Made by a program: the position numbers and the translations under genes
In this document: positions 37,010 to 46,838 of the stretch, in pieces
Layout: every line of letters starts with the position of its first letter
How positions within the stretch are numbered: position 1 is the first letter of the stretch
The notes under the pieces: generated by a model
What the model saw: only the letters and a program-made list of their open reading frames with translations
Database searches by the model: none
Told to the model about the DNA's origin: nothing
DNA from: a virus
DNA: 64,000 bases
Virus record (IMG/VR): IMGVR_UViG_3300038468_000223
Span: 32,001-96,000 of that record
Strand: one strand, 5' to 3'

Positions 37010-40000
37010 GTGGCCACGACGGTCGGCCACTGGAAGCGCGACGCCGACTGCGACGTGTACGTGGGGCGCCCCAGCGTATGGGGCAACCCGTACAAGGTCG
37101 GGCGCAACGGGACGCGCGAAGAGGTCCTCCAGAAGTACGAGGAGTTCCTCAAGGCTCGCCCCGCGTTCGTCGAGCGCGCGCGCCGGGAGCTGAAGGGCAA
37201 GAAGCTCGGGTGCTGGTGCAAGCCGAAGGCTTGCCACGCCGACATCCTCGCCCGGTACGTCGACGCGCCCCCTCCTCCGCTCCCCGACCACGGACCGAAC
37301 TACGTCGTCTGCCCGAAGTGCCGGTGCGCCTACTACCACACGCTCTGGAAGGAGAAGGGCTGCTCGACCTGCGGGATCCCCCTCGGTGAGAGCCCCGTCG
37401 TTCGGCCGAAGAAGATCCTCGTCACCGGTGACAGGGAGTGGACCGACCGTAAGGCTGTCCTGCGCGAGCTGAGGGCCTTCCCCGAGGGGACCATCCTCGT
37501 CCACGGCGGATGCCGCGGGCTCGACACCATCGCGGCGAAGATCGGCGCCCGGCGCGGCTTCGTGGTCCGAGAGTACAAGGCGAAGTGGACCGCTCGAGGA
37601 GCGGTGGCAGGTCACGAGCGCAACGCGGAGATGCTCGCGCGCGAGCATCTTCCGGAGGAGCCGATCGACCTCGCGCTCGCCTTCCACGACGATCTGACCA
37701 GGAGCCGCGGGACCGCGGACATGGTCCGCAAGATCGCGCTCGCGCGCATCCCGCATCGGGTCGTGAAAAGTAGAGCGGGGGCCCCAGCTTCCGCCGGGGC
37801 CCCCGTTCCTTCCGTACCGAGCGTGCAGAGCGATGGAGCCCTCAAGGTACCTGCTCGTCAGCTCCCCGTCTACGATCCTCGTGCGCACGGCGCGCTCTGC
37901 GACGAATGCCCGCTGAGCGGGCGCGTCGTCGTGCCGCCGTCGCCTCCGACGGCGCCGGTCGAGGGGATCGTGGTCGGCATGAACCCCGGCGCCGAGGAGG
38001 AGCGCAGCCGACGACCCTTCTGCGGCCCCTCCGGGCGCCTGCTGGACCGGCTGCTCGACAAGAACGACCTCAGACGCGAGGCCTTCCACGTGACCAACGC
38101 GTGGCTGTGCCGTCACCGCGACGAGGTGGAGGCGTTCGAGGCGTCGCGGTGCTGCCGGCCGCGCCTGCACCGGGAGATCGACTCCTACGACAAGTCCATC
38201 CCCGTCATGACGACGGGCAAGGAGGCCTTCCAGTCCGCCTTCGGCAGGAAGGGGGCGATGACGAAGCTCCGGGGCTTCCAGTGGAAGAAGGAAGACGGGC
38301 GCGAGTTCTACCCGACCGTCCATCCCGCCTTCGTCTTGCGCGACAAGATCCAGTTCCCGCTCATCAGCCGCGACTTCCAGCGGTTCGCCAAGCGCATCCA
38401 CCTCGGGCACCTGCCGCTCGAGCGAACCCACTACGTCTACCGCAAGCACACACCGCGCACGCTCCCGCGCCTCCGGCGCTTGCTGCGCCGCTTCGGCGAC
38501 GGGATCGTCGCCTGCGACATCGAGACGACCGAAGAGCCGCCGACGGTCGCCGAGCTTCAGTGCGTCGGCATCAGCGACGGGCGGCGCACGATCGTCGTGC
38601 CGTGGCAACCGGAGTTCAAGGAGCCGCTAGCCGCCTTCTTCAAGGACCGGCGCGTCATCTTCCACAACGGGCTCTCCTTCGACACGATCGTACTCACGCG
38701 CTACGGCATCCCGATCAAGAAGGTCGAGGACACGCTCATCGCGCACCACACCTTCGCGAGTCACTTCAGGCAGGGACTCGACCACGTCGCGAGCTTCTAC
38801 CTGGACACGATCCCGTGGAAGCTCCTGTACGGCAAGGCGGCCGGGGACGAGAAGGGCGTCGCCAAGATCCAGGACGAGCGGACCTTCTTCAAGTACAACG
38901 CCATCGACGTCCATCACACCTTCCGCGTCTGGCAGGAGATGCAGAAGGACCTCGAGCCCTTCCTGTCGCTCTACAAGCACGACAAGCGGCTCGCGGTCGT
39001 CGGCCGTCGCATGACGAGGCACGGCATCCGCGTCGACCGTCCGCGGCGCAAGGAGCTGATCAAGGCGATCACGGAGAAAGAAGAGCGACTCGTTCGTCAG
39101 ATGCGCGAAGAGTGTGGTCGAGAGGATCTCGTACCGACCAAGGTGGACGACATACGCGCCATTCTGTACGAGCAGTTCGGCGCACCCGTCATCGAGCGCA
39201 CGGAGAAGGACTGCAAACCCAGTACTGGTAAGAAGATCCTGCAGTCGTTCGCCGAGGCAGTAGATCGACCGTACGCGAAATTCTGTCGCGACCTGGTCGA
39301 CTGGCGCACGTGCACCAAGATGAAGAAGACCTACTTGGTCAACCTGCCGATCGACAAGGACGGAAGGGTTCGACCCAGTTGGCGATCGTTCGGTGCGTAC
39401 ACGGGCCGCTTCGCTTGCCGCAGGCCTAACCTGATGAACTTGAAGCGCATGAACAAGCGCTACAAGGACGAGCCCGAGCAGCACATTCGTTCGATCTACA
39501 TCCCGTCGAAGGGGTGCAAGTTCGTCACGTATGACATGAGCCAGGTGGAGCCTCGTGTCGCGGCGTACATCAGCAACGATGAGGCGTTCATCGCCGCAAT
39601 CGAGACTGGTGATTTCCACACGAACAACGCGATCGTCTTGTTCGGAGAGTGTCCGGAACTACTCGACCTGAAACGCGCAAAGGATGGTGACGGGAAGCCC
39701 AAGCGAGATGTAGCCAAATCGTGCGGACTCGCAGTCAACTACCTCGCCGAGGCTCCGGCACTCAAAGACTTCTTGGCGTCGCAGGACTACTTCGTCAAGT
39801 TGAGCGACATCCAAGTGATGATCGATCGTCTGCGAAAGAAGTACCACGTTTACTTCAAGTTCGTGGCGAACAACATCGAGTTGGTCCAGCGTCAGGGTTG
39901 GCTGCGGATCGGTGCGCTTTCCGGTCGCATCAGGTGGCTAGGCTTCATGCCGAGCCCCTCTAGGGTCGCGGACACGCCGATCCAGGCGACAGCAGCCGAC

Positions 40001-40240
40001 ATCATGAACTATCGGCTGATCGAGATCGATCAACTCCTGCTCGATCGCGGTTACTACAGGCGCGGCGTGCGGATCGTGGCGCAGATCCACGACGCCGTCA
40101 TCTTCGACGTCCCCGAACCTCTCGTGGAAGAGATCAAGCAGCTCATCAGGGAGGTGATGGGTCAGAAGGTGAAGATCGGCGGCAAGGCGCGCACGTTCCC
40201 CATCGACATGAAAGAGGGCGCGCGCTGGAGCGAACTCTGA
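37010..40240 (+). CDS. polA: Family A DNA polymerase with N-terminal DUF4326, Zn ribbon, SLOG (YspA/DUF2493-like), family-4 UDG-like and 3'-5' exonuclease domains
   Basis: VYVGRPSVWGNPY/LGCWCKPKACHAD; ILVTGDR/LVHGGCRGLD; GMNPGAEE..PFCGPSG/VHPA; DIET/FHNG..FD/YNAID; YDMSQVEPR, R..AK, QIHD. Confidence 0.92.
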   Translation: MATTVGHWKRDADCDVYVGRPSVWGNPYKVGRNGTREEVLQKYEEFLKARPAFVERARRELKGKKLGCWCKPKACHADILARYVDAPPPPLPDHGPNYVVCPKCRCAYYHTLWKEKGCSTCGIPLGESPVVRPKKILVTGDREWTDRKAVLRELRAFPEGTILVHGGCRGLDTIAAKIGARRGFVVREYKAKWTARGAVAGHERNAEMLAREHLPEEPIDLALAFHDDLTRSRGTADMVRKIALARIPHRVVKSRAGAPASAGAPVPSVPSVQSDGALKVPARQLPVYDPRAHGALCDECPLSGRVVVPPSPPTAPVEGIVVGMNPGAEEERSRRPFCGPSGRLLDRLLDKNDLRREAFHVTNAWLCRHRDEVEAFEASRCCRPRLHREIDSYDKSIPVMTTGKEAFQSAFGRKGAMTKLRGFQWKKEDGREFYPTVHPAFVLRDKIQFPLISRDFQRFAKRIHLGHLPLERTHYVYRKHTPRTLPRLRRLLRRFGDGIVACDIETTEEPPTVAELQCVGISDGRRTIVVPWQPEFKEPLAAFFKDRRVIFHNGLSFDTIVLTRYGIPIKKVEDTLIAHHTFASHFRQGLDHVASFYLDTIPWKLLYGKAAGDEKGVAKIQDERTFFKYNAIDVHHTFRVWQEMQKDLEPFLSLYKHDKRLAVVGRRMTRHGIRVDRPRRKELIKAITEKEERLVRQMREECGREDLVPTKVDDIRAILYEQFGAPVIERTEKDCKPSTGKKILQSFAEAVDRPYAKFCRDLVDWRTCTKMKKTYLVNLPIDKDGRVRPSWRSFGAYTGRFACRRPNLMNLKRMNKRYKDEPEQHIRSIYIPSKGCKFVTYDMSQVEPRVAAYISNDEAFIAAIETGDFHTNNAIVLFGECPELLDLKRAKDGDGKPKRDVAKSCGLAVNYLAEAPALKDFLASQDYFVKLSDIQVMIDRLRKKYHVYFKFVANNIELVQRQGWLRIGALSGRIRWLGFMPSPSRVADTPIQATAADIMNYRLIEIDQLLLDRGYYRRGVRIVAQIHDAVIFDVPEPLVEEIKQLIREVMGQKVKIGGKARTFPIDMKEGARWSEL

Positions 40241-40355
40241 GCGAGGTTGCTGGACAGCGGTCGAGCAGGGGTCTAGTCTCTCGAGAAAAGGGGGGATGCG
40301 ACGGCCGTCTTGCTCAAAGCGGCCGAGCGGTTACGTTCGCGCGAGGAGGCGGACA

Positions 40356-41060
40356 ATGTCTTGCGGCTGCGATCAGAAGACCAGGCGGGTGCTCGATCCC
40401 GCGGCGACCGAGGGTCCGGTGCTCGTGGTGGCGGACGGCGAGGAGGACGCGGCCTTCGCGTGCGGGTCGGAGGAGTGTGGCGCCGAGGTCGCGCCCGCCA
40501 TCCGGGCGGTGCGGGTCGAGCGCGCGCGCAAGGCTGGGGACGCGTACGAGGTGACCGAACAAGAGGTCGCGCTGCCGGAGTCCTTCGGCGCAGCCTCGCA
40601 GGACAGTCCCGGCTGCCTGCCGTGGGTCCGGATCACGCACGACACCAAGCGCTACAAGGCCTGCCTCGCCGCCGCGCGGCGCATGGGGCAGATGACCGAC
40701 TCGTCGCGCCTCTACGCGGTCATCAAGGATCACATGATGGCACAGGAGCAGGAATGCTTCCTGGTCATCATGGTGGACACGCAGCTCCACGTGCGCGGCG
40801 TCTCCGAGCTGACGCGTGGGGCGCGCGACCGCGTGATGGCCCCCATCCCGGACGTGCTCCGCCTGCCGCTCGTGGACGGGGCGATGGGCTTCGCCGTCGC
40901 ACACAACCACCCGTCGGGCAAGAGCCAACCCAGCAACGCCGACACGGAGCTGACCAGGGCGCTGAAGGCGGCGGCCGACACCGTGGAGCTGCTCCTCCTC
41001 GATCACCTCGTGGTCGGGATCGACAGCTACTACTCCTACCGCGACAACGGTCTGCTCTGA
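40356..41060 (+). CDS. JAB/MPN (RadC-like) metalloprotein with Cys/Glu-rich N-terminus
   Basis: QECF, HNHPSG..PSNAD..LT, LLDHLVVG; GAGGAGG RBS. Confidence 0.9.
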   Translation: MSCGCDQKTRRVLDPAATEGPVLVVADGEEDAAFACGSEECGAEVAPAIRAVRVERARKAGDAYEVTEQEVALPESFGAASQDSPGCLPWVRITHDTKRYKACLAAARRMGQMTDSSRLYAVIKDHMMAQEQECFLVIMVDTQLHVRGVSELTRGARDRVMAPIPDVLRLPLVDGAMGFAVAHNHPSGKSQPSNADTELTRALKAAADTVELLLLDHLVVGIDSYYSYRDNGLL

Positions 41061-41080
41061 TCGATGGAAGGAACAAGACG

Positions 41081-41806
41081 ATGAACGAGAGCGCTCAGCA
41101 GCCCAAGAAGAAGACCATGCGGGTCGTGCAGGTCCACTGCATGGACAAGTCGGTGTGGGGTCTCGGCCAGCCGATCCCGACCCGGCCGGAGACCGTCATC
41201 CGCAACATCGTCGTGGTCAACGACTGCGTCGAGGTCTTCGCGACGGACAACGCCAACGCGATGCAGGTGCCCCACGTCACGCTGTTCCCGCCGCTCGCCA
41301 TGTGCGTCACCTCCGTGTGCCCGCTCGAGACCTGGCAGGAGATGATCGCCGACTACGAGCAGATGCAGTTCGCGGTGCAGCTCAACGAGGTGGCCGACCT
41401 GCACGGCAGCCAGTGGCGCGTCGGCGGGGCCGTTCCCGGATCGGAGGTGCCGCTTCGGATCGACCGCATCGTGCGCGAGCTGGGCGACGCCAGCGTCCAC
41501 ATCTTCGTCTCGCCGCTCCCCGGCAGCGACATGGCGCAGAAGGGGTTCGCCCTGTACTTCCGGCTCATGCCACTGACCGTGACCGCCGCCTCGACGATCC
41601 ACAACCTCGCCAAGTCGCGCGAGATCATCACGATGCTCGAGGAGCTGCAGGCCGCCATCGAGGAGCCCGAGGAGGAGGACGACGACGAGGAAGAGGAGGA
41701 GGACGAGGAAGAGGAGGAGGTCGTGCAGGCCGCCGCCGCCCCTCCCGAGACCCCGCCGCTGCCGCCGCCCCCCAACGGAGCCCCCGAGGCCCCCTCCACC
41801 AACTGA
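41081..41806 (+). CDS. Hypothetical protein with internal duplication and acidic/Pro tail
   Basis: W..G..(I/V)P...I..IV occurs twice; poly-E/D. Confidence 0.7.
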   Translation: MNESAQQPKKKTMRVVQVHCMDKSVWGLGQPIPTRPETVIRNIVVVNDCVEVFATDNANAMQVPHVTLFPPLAMCVTSVCPLETWQEMIADYEQMQFAVQLNEVADLHGSQWRVGGAVPGSEVPLRIDRIVRELGDASVHIFVSPLPGSDMAQKGFALYFRLMPLTVTAASTIHNLAKSREIITMLEELQAAIEEPEEEDDDEEEEEDEEEEEVVQAAAAPPETPPLPPPPNGAPEAPSTN

Positions 41807-41815
41807 GAGGATCCC

Positions 41816-42142
41816 ATGCCCTCACCCACCACGGCCACGCTCGTCTACACGGTGACGCGCGCGAAGCCGATCAAGATCGCCGACCTCGTCACCGCCGTGG
41901 GCAACGTGGTCCTGACCACCGACGAACTCACGCAGTGCGGCGTGACGCTCAACAGCGACATCACCGCGATGGTCGATGGCGATCACGCCGCGCGCACGAT
42001 CGTGTTCGATCTGTCCGCCGACTTCATCGTGCAGTTCCCCGACAACACCGACCAGGCGGCGCCGTTCCGGGGTCTGTTCACCCAGACCCTCTCCGCCGCG
42101 CTCAAGACCGTCGTGGCGGCTGCGGCGCCCGTTCTCGCGTAG
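41816..42142 (+). CDS. Hypothetical virion-module protein
   Basis: GAGGA RBS. Confidence 0.7.
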   Translation: MPSPTTATLVYTVTRAKPIKIADLVTAVGNVVLTTDELTQCGVTLNSDITAMVDGDHAARTIVFDLSADFIVQFPDNTDQAAPFRGLFTQTLSAALKTVVAAAAPVLA

Positions 42143-42150
42143 GAGGCAGC

Positions 42151-44022
42151 ATGGCCAGCCGGAAGAAGGAACCCAAGACGCCGCCCGACTTCGACGTGGA
42201 TCTCGCGACCGTGACCGACAAGGTCTTCCCCGAGAGCGTCCCCAAGGAGGCGGACGGGACCGTCGCCGAGGAGGCCGTGATCTCGATCGAGACGGCGAAG
42301 AAGATCGGTGCCCTGAGCGCGGAGAGCGCGCGCGCCAACAAGGAGGCCGCGCGCGTCATCGACCAGAAGCTCGATCGAGTGACGAACGTGGCGTGGAACA
42401 CGCGCGACGCGATGTCGATGTTCGACAACGTGAGGACCCTGTGCGGGACGAGCCAGATCTACGTCCACGTCCACCGCGTGGACCCGGTACCGCCCGTGCA
42501 GTTCGATCCCATCCGCATGAACAGCTTCCGGGACGCCCCGGAGCTGTACCAGTTCATCAAGAAGAACTGCCACAAGAAGCAGCGGGAGGCGAAGTACGTC
42601 CTCTACTTCCGCGAGGGCGGCAAGGAGCGCGGGCAGGCCGACCTCATCATGCCCGACACCATGGACGAGGAGCCCGGGATGTCACCACCGAACCAGCCAC
42701 CGTTCTTTCCCTTCCCGCCGATCTACGGCTACCCGCCGCCCGGGTACGGTGCCCCCGGCTACGGCGGACCTCCGCCGGGCTACGGGGGCCCGCCCCCCGG
42801 CTACGGGCCGCCACCCTGGGGCCCCGCACCCTACGCCCCGCGGTCGCCGGAGCCGCCCCCCGGCGTCGCCGCACCCCCGGCACCCGCCCCGGCCCCGCCG
42901 CCCGCCCCCGTCGCGGGGCCCCCGACCGCGCCCGCCGGGCCCGCCCCGCCCGCACCCTACGGTGTGCCCCCGACGTACGACCCGGTGCACCAACACGTCG
43001 CGACGGTGTACCAGGAGCTGCAGCGGACGCAGGGTCTGCTGGGTCAGAACCAGCTCCAGCTCGAACGCGCGCTCGCGCGGCTCGAGGCCTTCGAGCAGCA
43101 CCAGCAGCACCAGCCGGCCGCGGCGCCCTCGCCGCCGGCGCCGGTGGCGGCGGCGCCCCCGGCTCCGCCCGCGGGGCAGTGGATCTGGAACGCCGCCCGC
43201 GGCGCCTACGACTGGCAGGTGGCCCCGCCGCCGCCTCCTCCTCCTCCTCCCCCACCGCCTCCGCCTCCTCCGCCGCCGGCTCCCTCGTCGGCGATCTGGG
43301 ACGCCGCGCGGCAGCAGTGGACCTACCCGGCCCCGCCGCCGCCTCCTCCTCCTCCCCCTCCACCGCCACCGACGCCGGTCATGACCCAGCAGGTCTGGGA
43401 CCCGCATCAGCAGCGATGGGTGGCGAGCGTCGGCGTCAGCGGTCCGCCGGTGCCCCCGCCCGCTCCGCAGATGGCGCCCCCCGCGAGCTTCCTCGAGCAG
43501 GCGAAGGAGTTGGGGTCCGTCGCCCGCGCGCTGAGCAAGACCGTGCACGAGATCCGCGAGGCGACGGTGGAGATGTCGGGGTTCGACGACGACGACGAGG
43601 CGCCGCCGGCCCCACCACCGCCGCCGCCGGCGCCGCCGGAGCCCGGCGTGGCGGCGATGCCGGTCGGCGACTACCAGTACGTGTTCGATCCCAAGACCGG
43701 CAACCCCAACATCACGGGGACCATCTTCGCGAACGTGAACAAGATCCCCGACCTCCTCAGCGGGCTGGCGACCGCACTCAAGGAGGTGCAGAAGGCGGCG
43801 CAGCCGCCCCCCACGCAGCTCGTGGAGCACGTCCGCGTCGTCCACGAACCCGCTCCACTGCCGCCGCGGCCCGCGCGTCCGGCGGCCCCGCCGGCGCCTC
43901 CGCCTCCTCCTCCACCGCCGCCTGCGGCAGCGGCAGCGGCGGCCCCCGTGCCGCCCACGCCGCCTCCGGCCGCACCGGCTCCGAGCTACATGCCGTCGCT
44001 CGACGTTCTCAACGATTTCTAG
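42151..44022 (+). CDS. Proline-rich protein with GYGxPPP and W(D/N)xxxxxW repeats
   Basis: AGGAGG RBS; polyproline tracts. Confidence 0.8.
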   Translation: MASRKKEPKTPPDFDVDLATVTDKVFPESVPKEADGTVAEEAVISIETAKKIGALSAESARANKEAARVIDQKLDRVTNVAWNTRDAMSMFDNVRTLCGTSQIYVHVHRVDPVPPVQFDPIRMNSFRDAPELYQFIKKNCHKKQREAKYVLYFREGGKERGQADLIMPDTMDEEPGMSPPNQPPFFPFPPIYGYPPPGYGAPGYGGPPPGYGGPPPGYGPPPWGPAPYAPRSPEPPPGVAAPPAPAPAPPPAPVAGPPTAPAGPAPPAPYGVPPTYDPVHQHVATVYQELQRTQGLLGQNQLQLERALARLEAFEQHQQHQPAAAPSPPAPVAAAPPAPPAGQWIWNAARGAYDWQVAPPPPPPPPPPPPPPPPPPAPSSAIWDAARQQWTYPAPPPPPPPPPPPPPTPVMTQQVWDPHQQRWVASVGVSGPPVPPPAPQMAPPASFLEQAKELGSVARALSKTVHEIREATVEMSGFDDDDEAPPAPPPPPPAPPEPGVAAMPVGDYQYVFDPKTGNPNITGTIFANVNKIPDLLSGLATALKEVQKAAQPPPTQLVEHVRVVHEPAPLPPRPARPAAPPAPPPPPPPPPAAAAAAAPVPPTPPPAAPAPSYMPSLDVLNDF

Positions 44023-44064
44023 CCAGATCGAGCTGCGTGGTTCGACTGGTGATACAGTCGAGCC

Positions 44065-45339
44065 ATGTACCGCCACGTACATTCGATCGGGCTCGGCGCT
44101 TCCGAGTTCGATCAAAATCTCACGACCTATTTGACGACGAACGCTCCGCCGGAGGTCAGGCAGGCGATCTCGACGGAGGCGTCGGCCGAGCAGTTCGCCG
44201 CGCGCTCTCAAGCCACGATCGATTCGATGCGCGACATCGCCGAGGGCAAACAGCTCACGGTGGCGCAAGCAACAACGATCCTGACCACTGCCGCGAGCGC
44301 GATGGCCTTCGTCGCTGCAGGAGGCGTCGGATCGATCCTCGCTGGTGCCGGAGCCGCGGCCGCCACGACCGTCGCGCTCGGCGCCGCCGCTTCGGCCGGT
44401 GCGGTGATGGCGGCGATGGTCGCGGTGGTCATCGTCGTGGTTGCGGCCGTCGGATGGGCGCAAGGTGGGACGGGCAAGTGCGGGGACGCCTCGACGATCC
44501 CGTCCAGCCCTACCGATCCTAGGTGGGTGGAGTTCACGGAATACGGACCAATCGCACAGCCTCGAAATGACTTCGAACGCTGGGCATCTCCAGTTCTAGT
44601 TCTGAACCACGAAATGAACGACAACTGCAGAAGCAGTCTGCCGGACCTTGTGCAGACGCTAGCATCGTTGTGGAATGAGCGGCACGAGGCCACGTCGATC
44701 CTGACCTACATCGGTTACGACATCGACAAGCTTCCTACTTCAGGCCGATACAATTGGCCTGTCTACCCCAATCCACTCAACATCGTCGAGTTCGACCTGC
44801 GTGGTGGATCGACACTCGGCGCGCCGAAAAAGATCTCCGTCAATCTCGGCAAGTTCATTCCTACTACACCTGCAGAGAAGTCGTTGCTGGTTGGACAGCT
44901 CAAAAAGGTGAGCCTGGTCGAACAACTAAACCTGAGCACGCCGTCGACGCAGTCTGCACAAACATCAACCGCGTCGAAAGTGATCGCTGGAGTCGCGGTG
45001 ACCGCAGCGATTTCTGCCGCGGCACTTTGGGCGTACGCCTACTACCAGAAGATCACCTTCGGGTCGGCGTTGTACAAGGTGGTGGGGCGCTTCGCGAAAG
45101 AGAACCCGATCGCCGTCGACGTTCCGCGCCGACGCACGTCGAAGGGACGCAGGCTGGCCTATCGCGTCAGACTCGATGCGTCGCCCTCGATGGAGTATGT
45201 TCAGGTCATGCCGGATGGATCAGCGATCCTGTTGCGCCACGGCCACCAGGTTGCGAAGTTCCGGCCTACGACCTACCAGCTCCCGAAGATCCATGCCGGC
45301 GACGGCGAGCTTCTGATCTTCGTCGATCAGCTCATCTGA
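44065..45339 (+). CDS. Membrane protein with N-terminal IGLG, TMs, KENP and basic C-terminal module
   Basis: TACAGT 6 nt before ATG; hydrophobic segments. Confidence 0.75.
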   Translation: MYRHVHSIGLGASEFDQNLTTYLTTNAPPEVRQAISTEASAEQFAARSQATIDSMRDIAEGKQLTVAQATTILTTAASAMAFVAAGGVGSILAGAGAAAATTVALGAAASAGAVMAAMVAVVIVVVAAVGWAQGGTGKCGDASTIPSSPTDPRWVEFTEYGPIAQPRNDFERWASPVLVLNHEMNDNCRSSLPDLVQTLASLWNERHEATSILTYIGYDIDKLPTSGRYNWPVYPNPLNIVEFDLRGGSTLGAPKKISVNLGKFIPTTPAEKSLLVGQLKKVSLVEQLNLSTPSTQSAQTSTASKVIAGVAVTAAISAAALWAYAYYQKITFGSALYKVVGRFAKENPIAVDVPRRRTSKGRRLAYRVRLDASPSMEYVQVMPDGSAILLRHGHQVAKFRPTTYQLPKIHAGDGELLIFVDQLI

Positions 45340-45352
45340 GGAGAACGCCACG

Positions 45353-46093
45353 ATGCCCACGCTCACGCATCCGATCTTCAGCTCGGCGTACAACTTCGTG
45401 CAGCAGCAGCCGGTAGCCGCCGTGCAGCCGCTGCCGCCGACGCAGACGGTGACGACGCCGATCCAGACGCAGTCTCCGTCACCGCCGGTGATGGCGGTGA
45501 ATCCGCAGGCGCCGGTCACGGCGGCGGTCCCCAACACGAACGGCCTCACCGAGATTGCGGACCGCCTGCTCGCGATGGACCAGGCGGCAGGAGGGCCGCA
45601 GAACATCGCGCAGAACATCGCGGCGGTCCAGAGCAACACCTCCTTCGGACCCGGGAACCCTCCGGTACGCCTGCTCACGGGGCTGCAGAACACGCTCTAC
45701 GGCAACCCGACCCAGAACCCGACCCAGTACAACGCCGATCAGCTCAAGGCGTCGGCGACGTACCTGCGCGACGTGGCAACGCACATGACGGCGCTCGAGG
45801 CGCAGGTGGCGACCCTGCAGCAGCAGCTCGCTGCGGCCAACGCCGTCCCCACCACCACGAACGTGACGGTGCCGCAGGCACCGGCGTCGGGGTCGAGCAT
45901 CAACTGGACCACGCTCCTCGTCAGCGTGGGCGTCATCGCGGCGGTCGGCATCGGCGCTTGGTACGTGATGACGCACCGTCGGAAGCCGGCCGGAGTGCGC
46001 GAGGAGGAAGAGGAAGAGGCTCCGCCGCGCGTGATCGGCGGCGAGAACAAGCGCCTGTTCCCGCCGGCGCCGTCGCAGAAGCGGAAGAAGTGA
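45353..46093 (+). CDS. Gln/Thr/Pro-rich single-TM protein with acidic patch
   Basis: GAGGAG RBS; TM-HRRK-REEEEEE. Confidence 0.75.
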   Translation: MPTLTHPIFSSAYNFVQQQPVAAVQPLPPTQTVTTPIQTQSPSPPVMAVNPQAPVTAAVPNTNGLTEIADRLLAMDQAAGGPQNIAQNIAAVQSNTSFGPGNPPVRLLTGLQNTLYGNPTQNPTQYNADQLKASATYLRDVATHMTALEAQVATLQQQLAAANAVPTTTNVTVPQAPASGSSINWTTLLVSVGVIAAVGIGAWYVMTHRRKPAGVREEEEEEAPPRVIGGENKRLFPPAPSQKRKK

Positions 46094-46103
46094 GGAGAGG
46101 ACG

Positions 46104-46835
46104 ATGAGGAAGATCAAGGCAGCAAAGAAGATCAAACACGGCGCGTACCGCGGCTGGGAAGTGATGGTCATCGACGCGACTGGCGATGGATTCCCCGGAT
46201 TGTGGTGGGCGCACGCCAAACCTGCCGGCCATGCCCAATGGGTGATCTCCACCGAGCAGCGTTCATCCGCACAAGCGTTCGCTGTCATCCACCACAAGAT
46301 CGACAAGATCCTCGCGCGCGCTGGTTTCCAGAAGAACCCCGTCAGCAACACCGAGACTGCCGTCATGATCGTCCTCGGAGCGGCGGCCGTCGGGGCGCTG
46401 CTCTACGCCTTCTGGCCCAAGTCGACGGCGGCGGCACCCGCCGTCACGCCGGCACCCGCACCGACGCCCGTACCGGCTCCGGTGACCAAGCCGAGCATCC
46501 CGGTCGCGACCAACAAGACGGTGGCCGTCGGTCCCGAGGCCAACGGGCAGACCATCACCCTGAACGTAGGGGACGTCCTCATCGTCCGCCTGCCGCAGCA
46601 GTCGGACACGGGCTACGTCTGGGAGTTCGCCGTCACAGGGACCTCGGTCGCTCCCAACACGAGCTACACCGAGGGCGGTACGGGCCCCGGCGACGTCCAG
46701 ACGCTGGTGTCGGTCTTCAACGTCATGAGCCCCGGTTCGACCTTCGTCTCGGCGGTCTCACGCCGCGGCGGCGCGTTCGGCCAGAGCTTCACCGTCGCAG
46801 TCAACGTCCCCTCCACCACCGGCATCGAGGTCTGA
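46104..46835 (+). CDS. Basic module, KNP, TM, then chagasin/Inhibitor_I42-like Ig domain
   Basis: NGQTITLNVGDVLIVRLP..SDTGYVW..G.G..F...PG. Confidence 0.7.
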   Translation: MRKIKAAKKIKHGAYRGWEVMVIDATGDGFPGLWWAHAKPAGHAQWVISTEQRSSAQAFAVIHHKIDKILARAGFQKNPVSNTETAVMIVLGAAAVGALLYAFWPKSTAAAPAVTPAPAPTPVPAPVTKPSIPVATNKTVAVGPEANGQTITLNVGDVLIVRLPQQSDTGYVWEFAVTGTSVAPNTSYTEGGTGPGDVQTLVSVFNVMSPGSTFVSAVSRRGGAFGQSFTVAVNVPSTTGIEV

Positions 46836-46838
46836 TCC

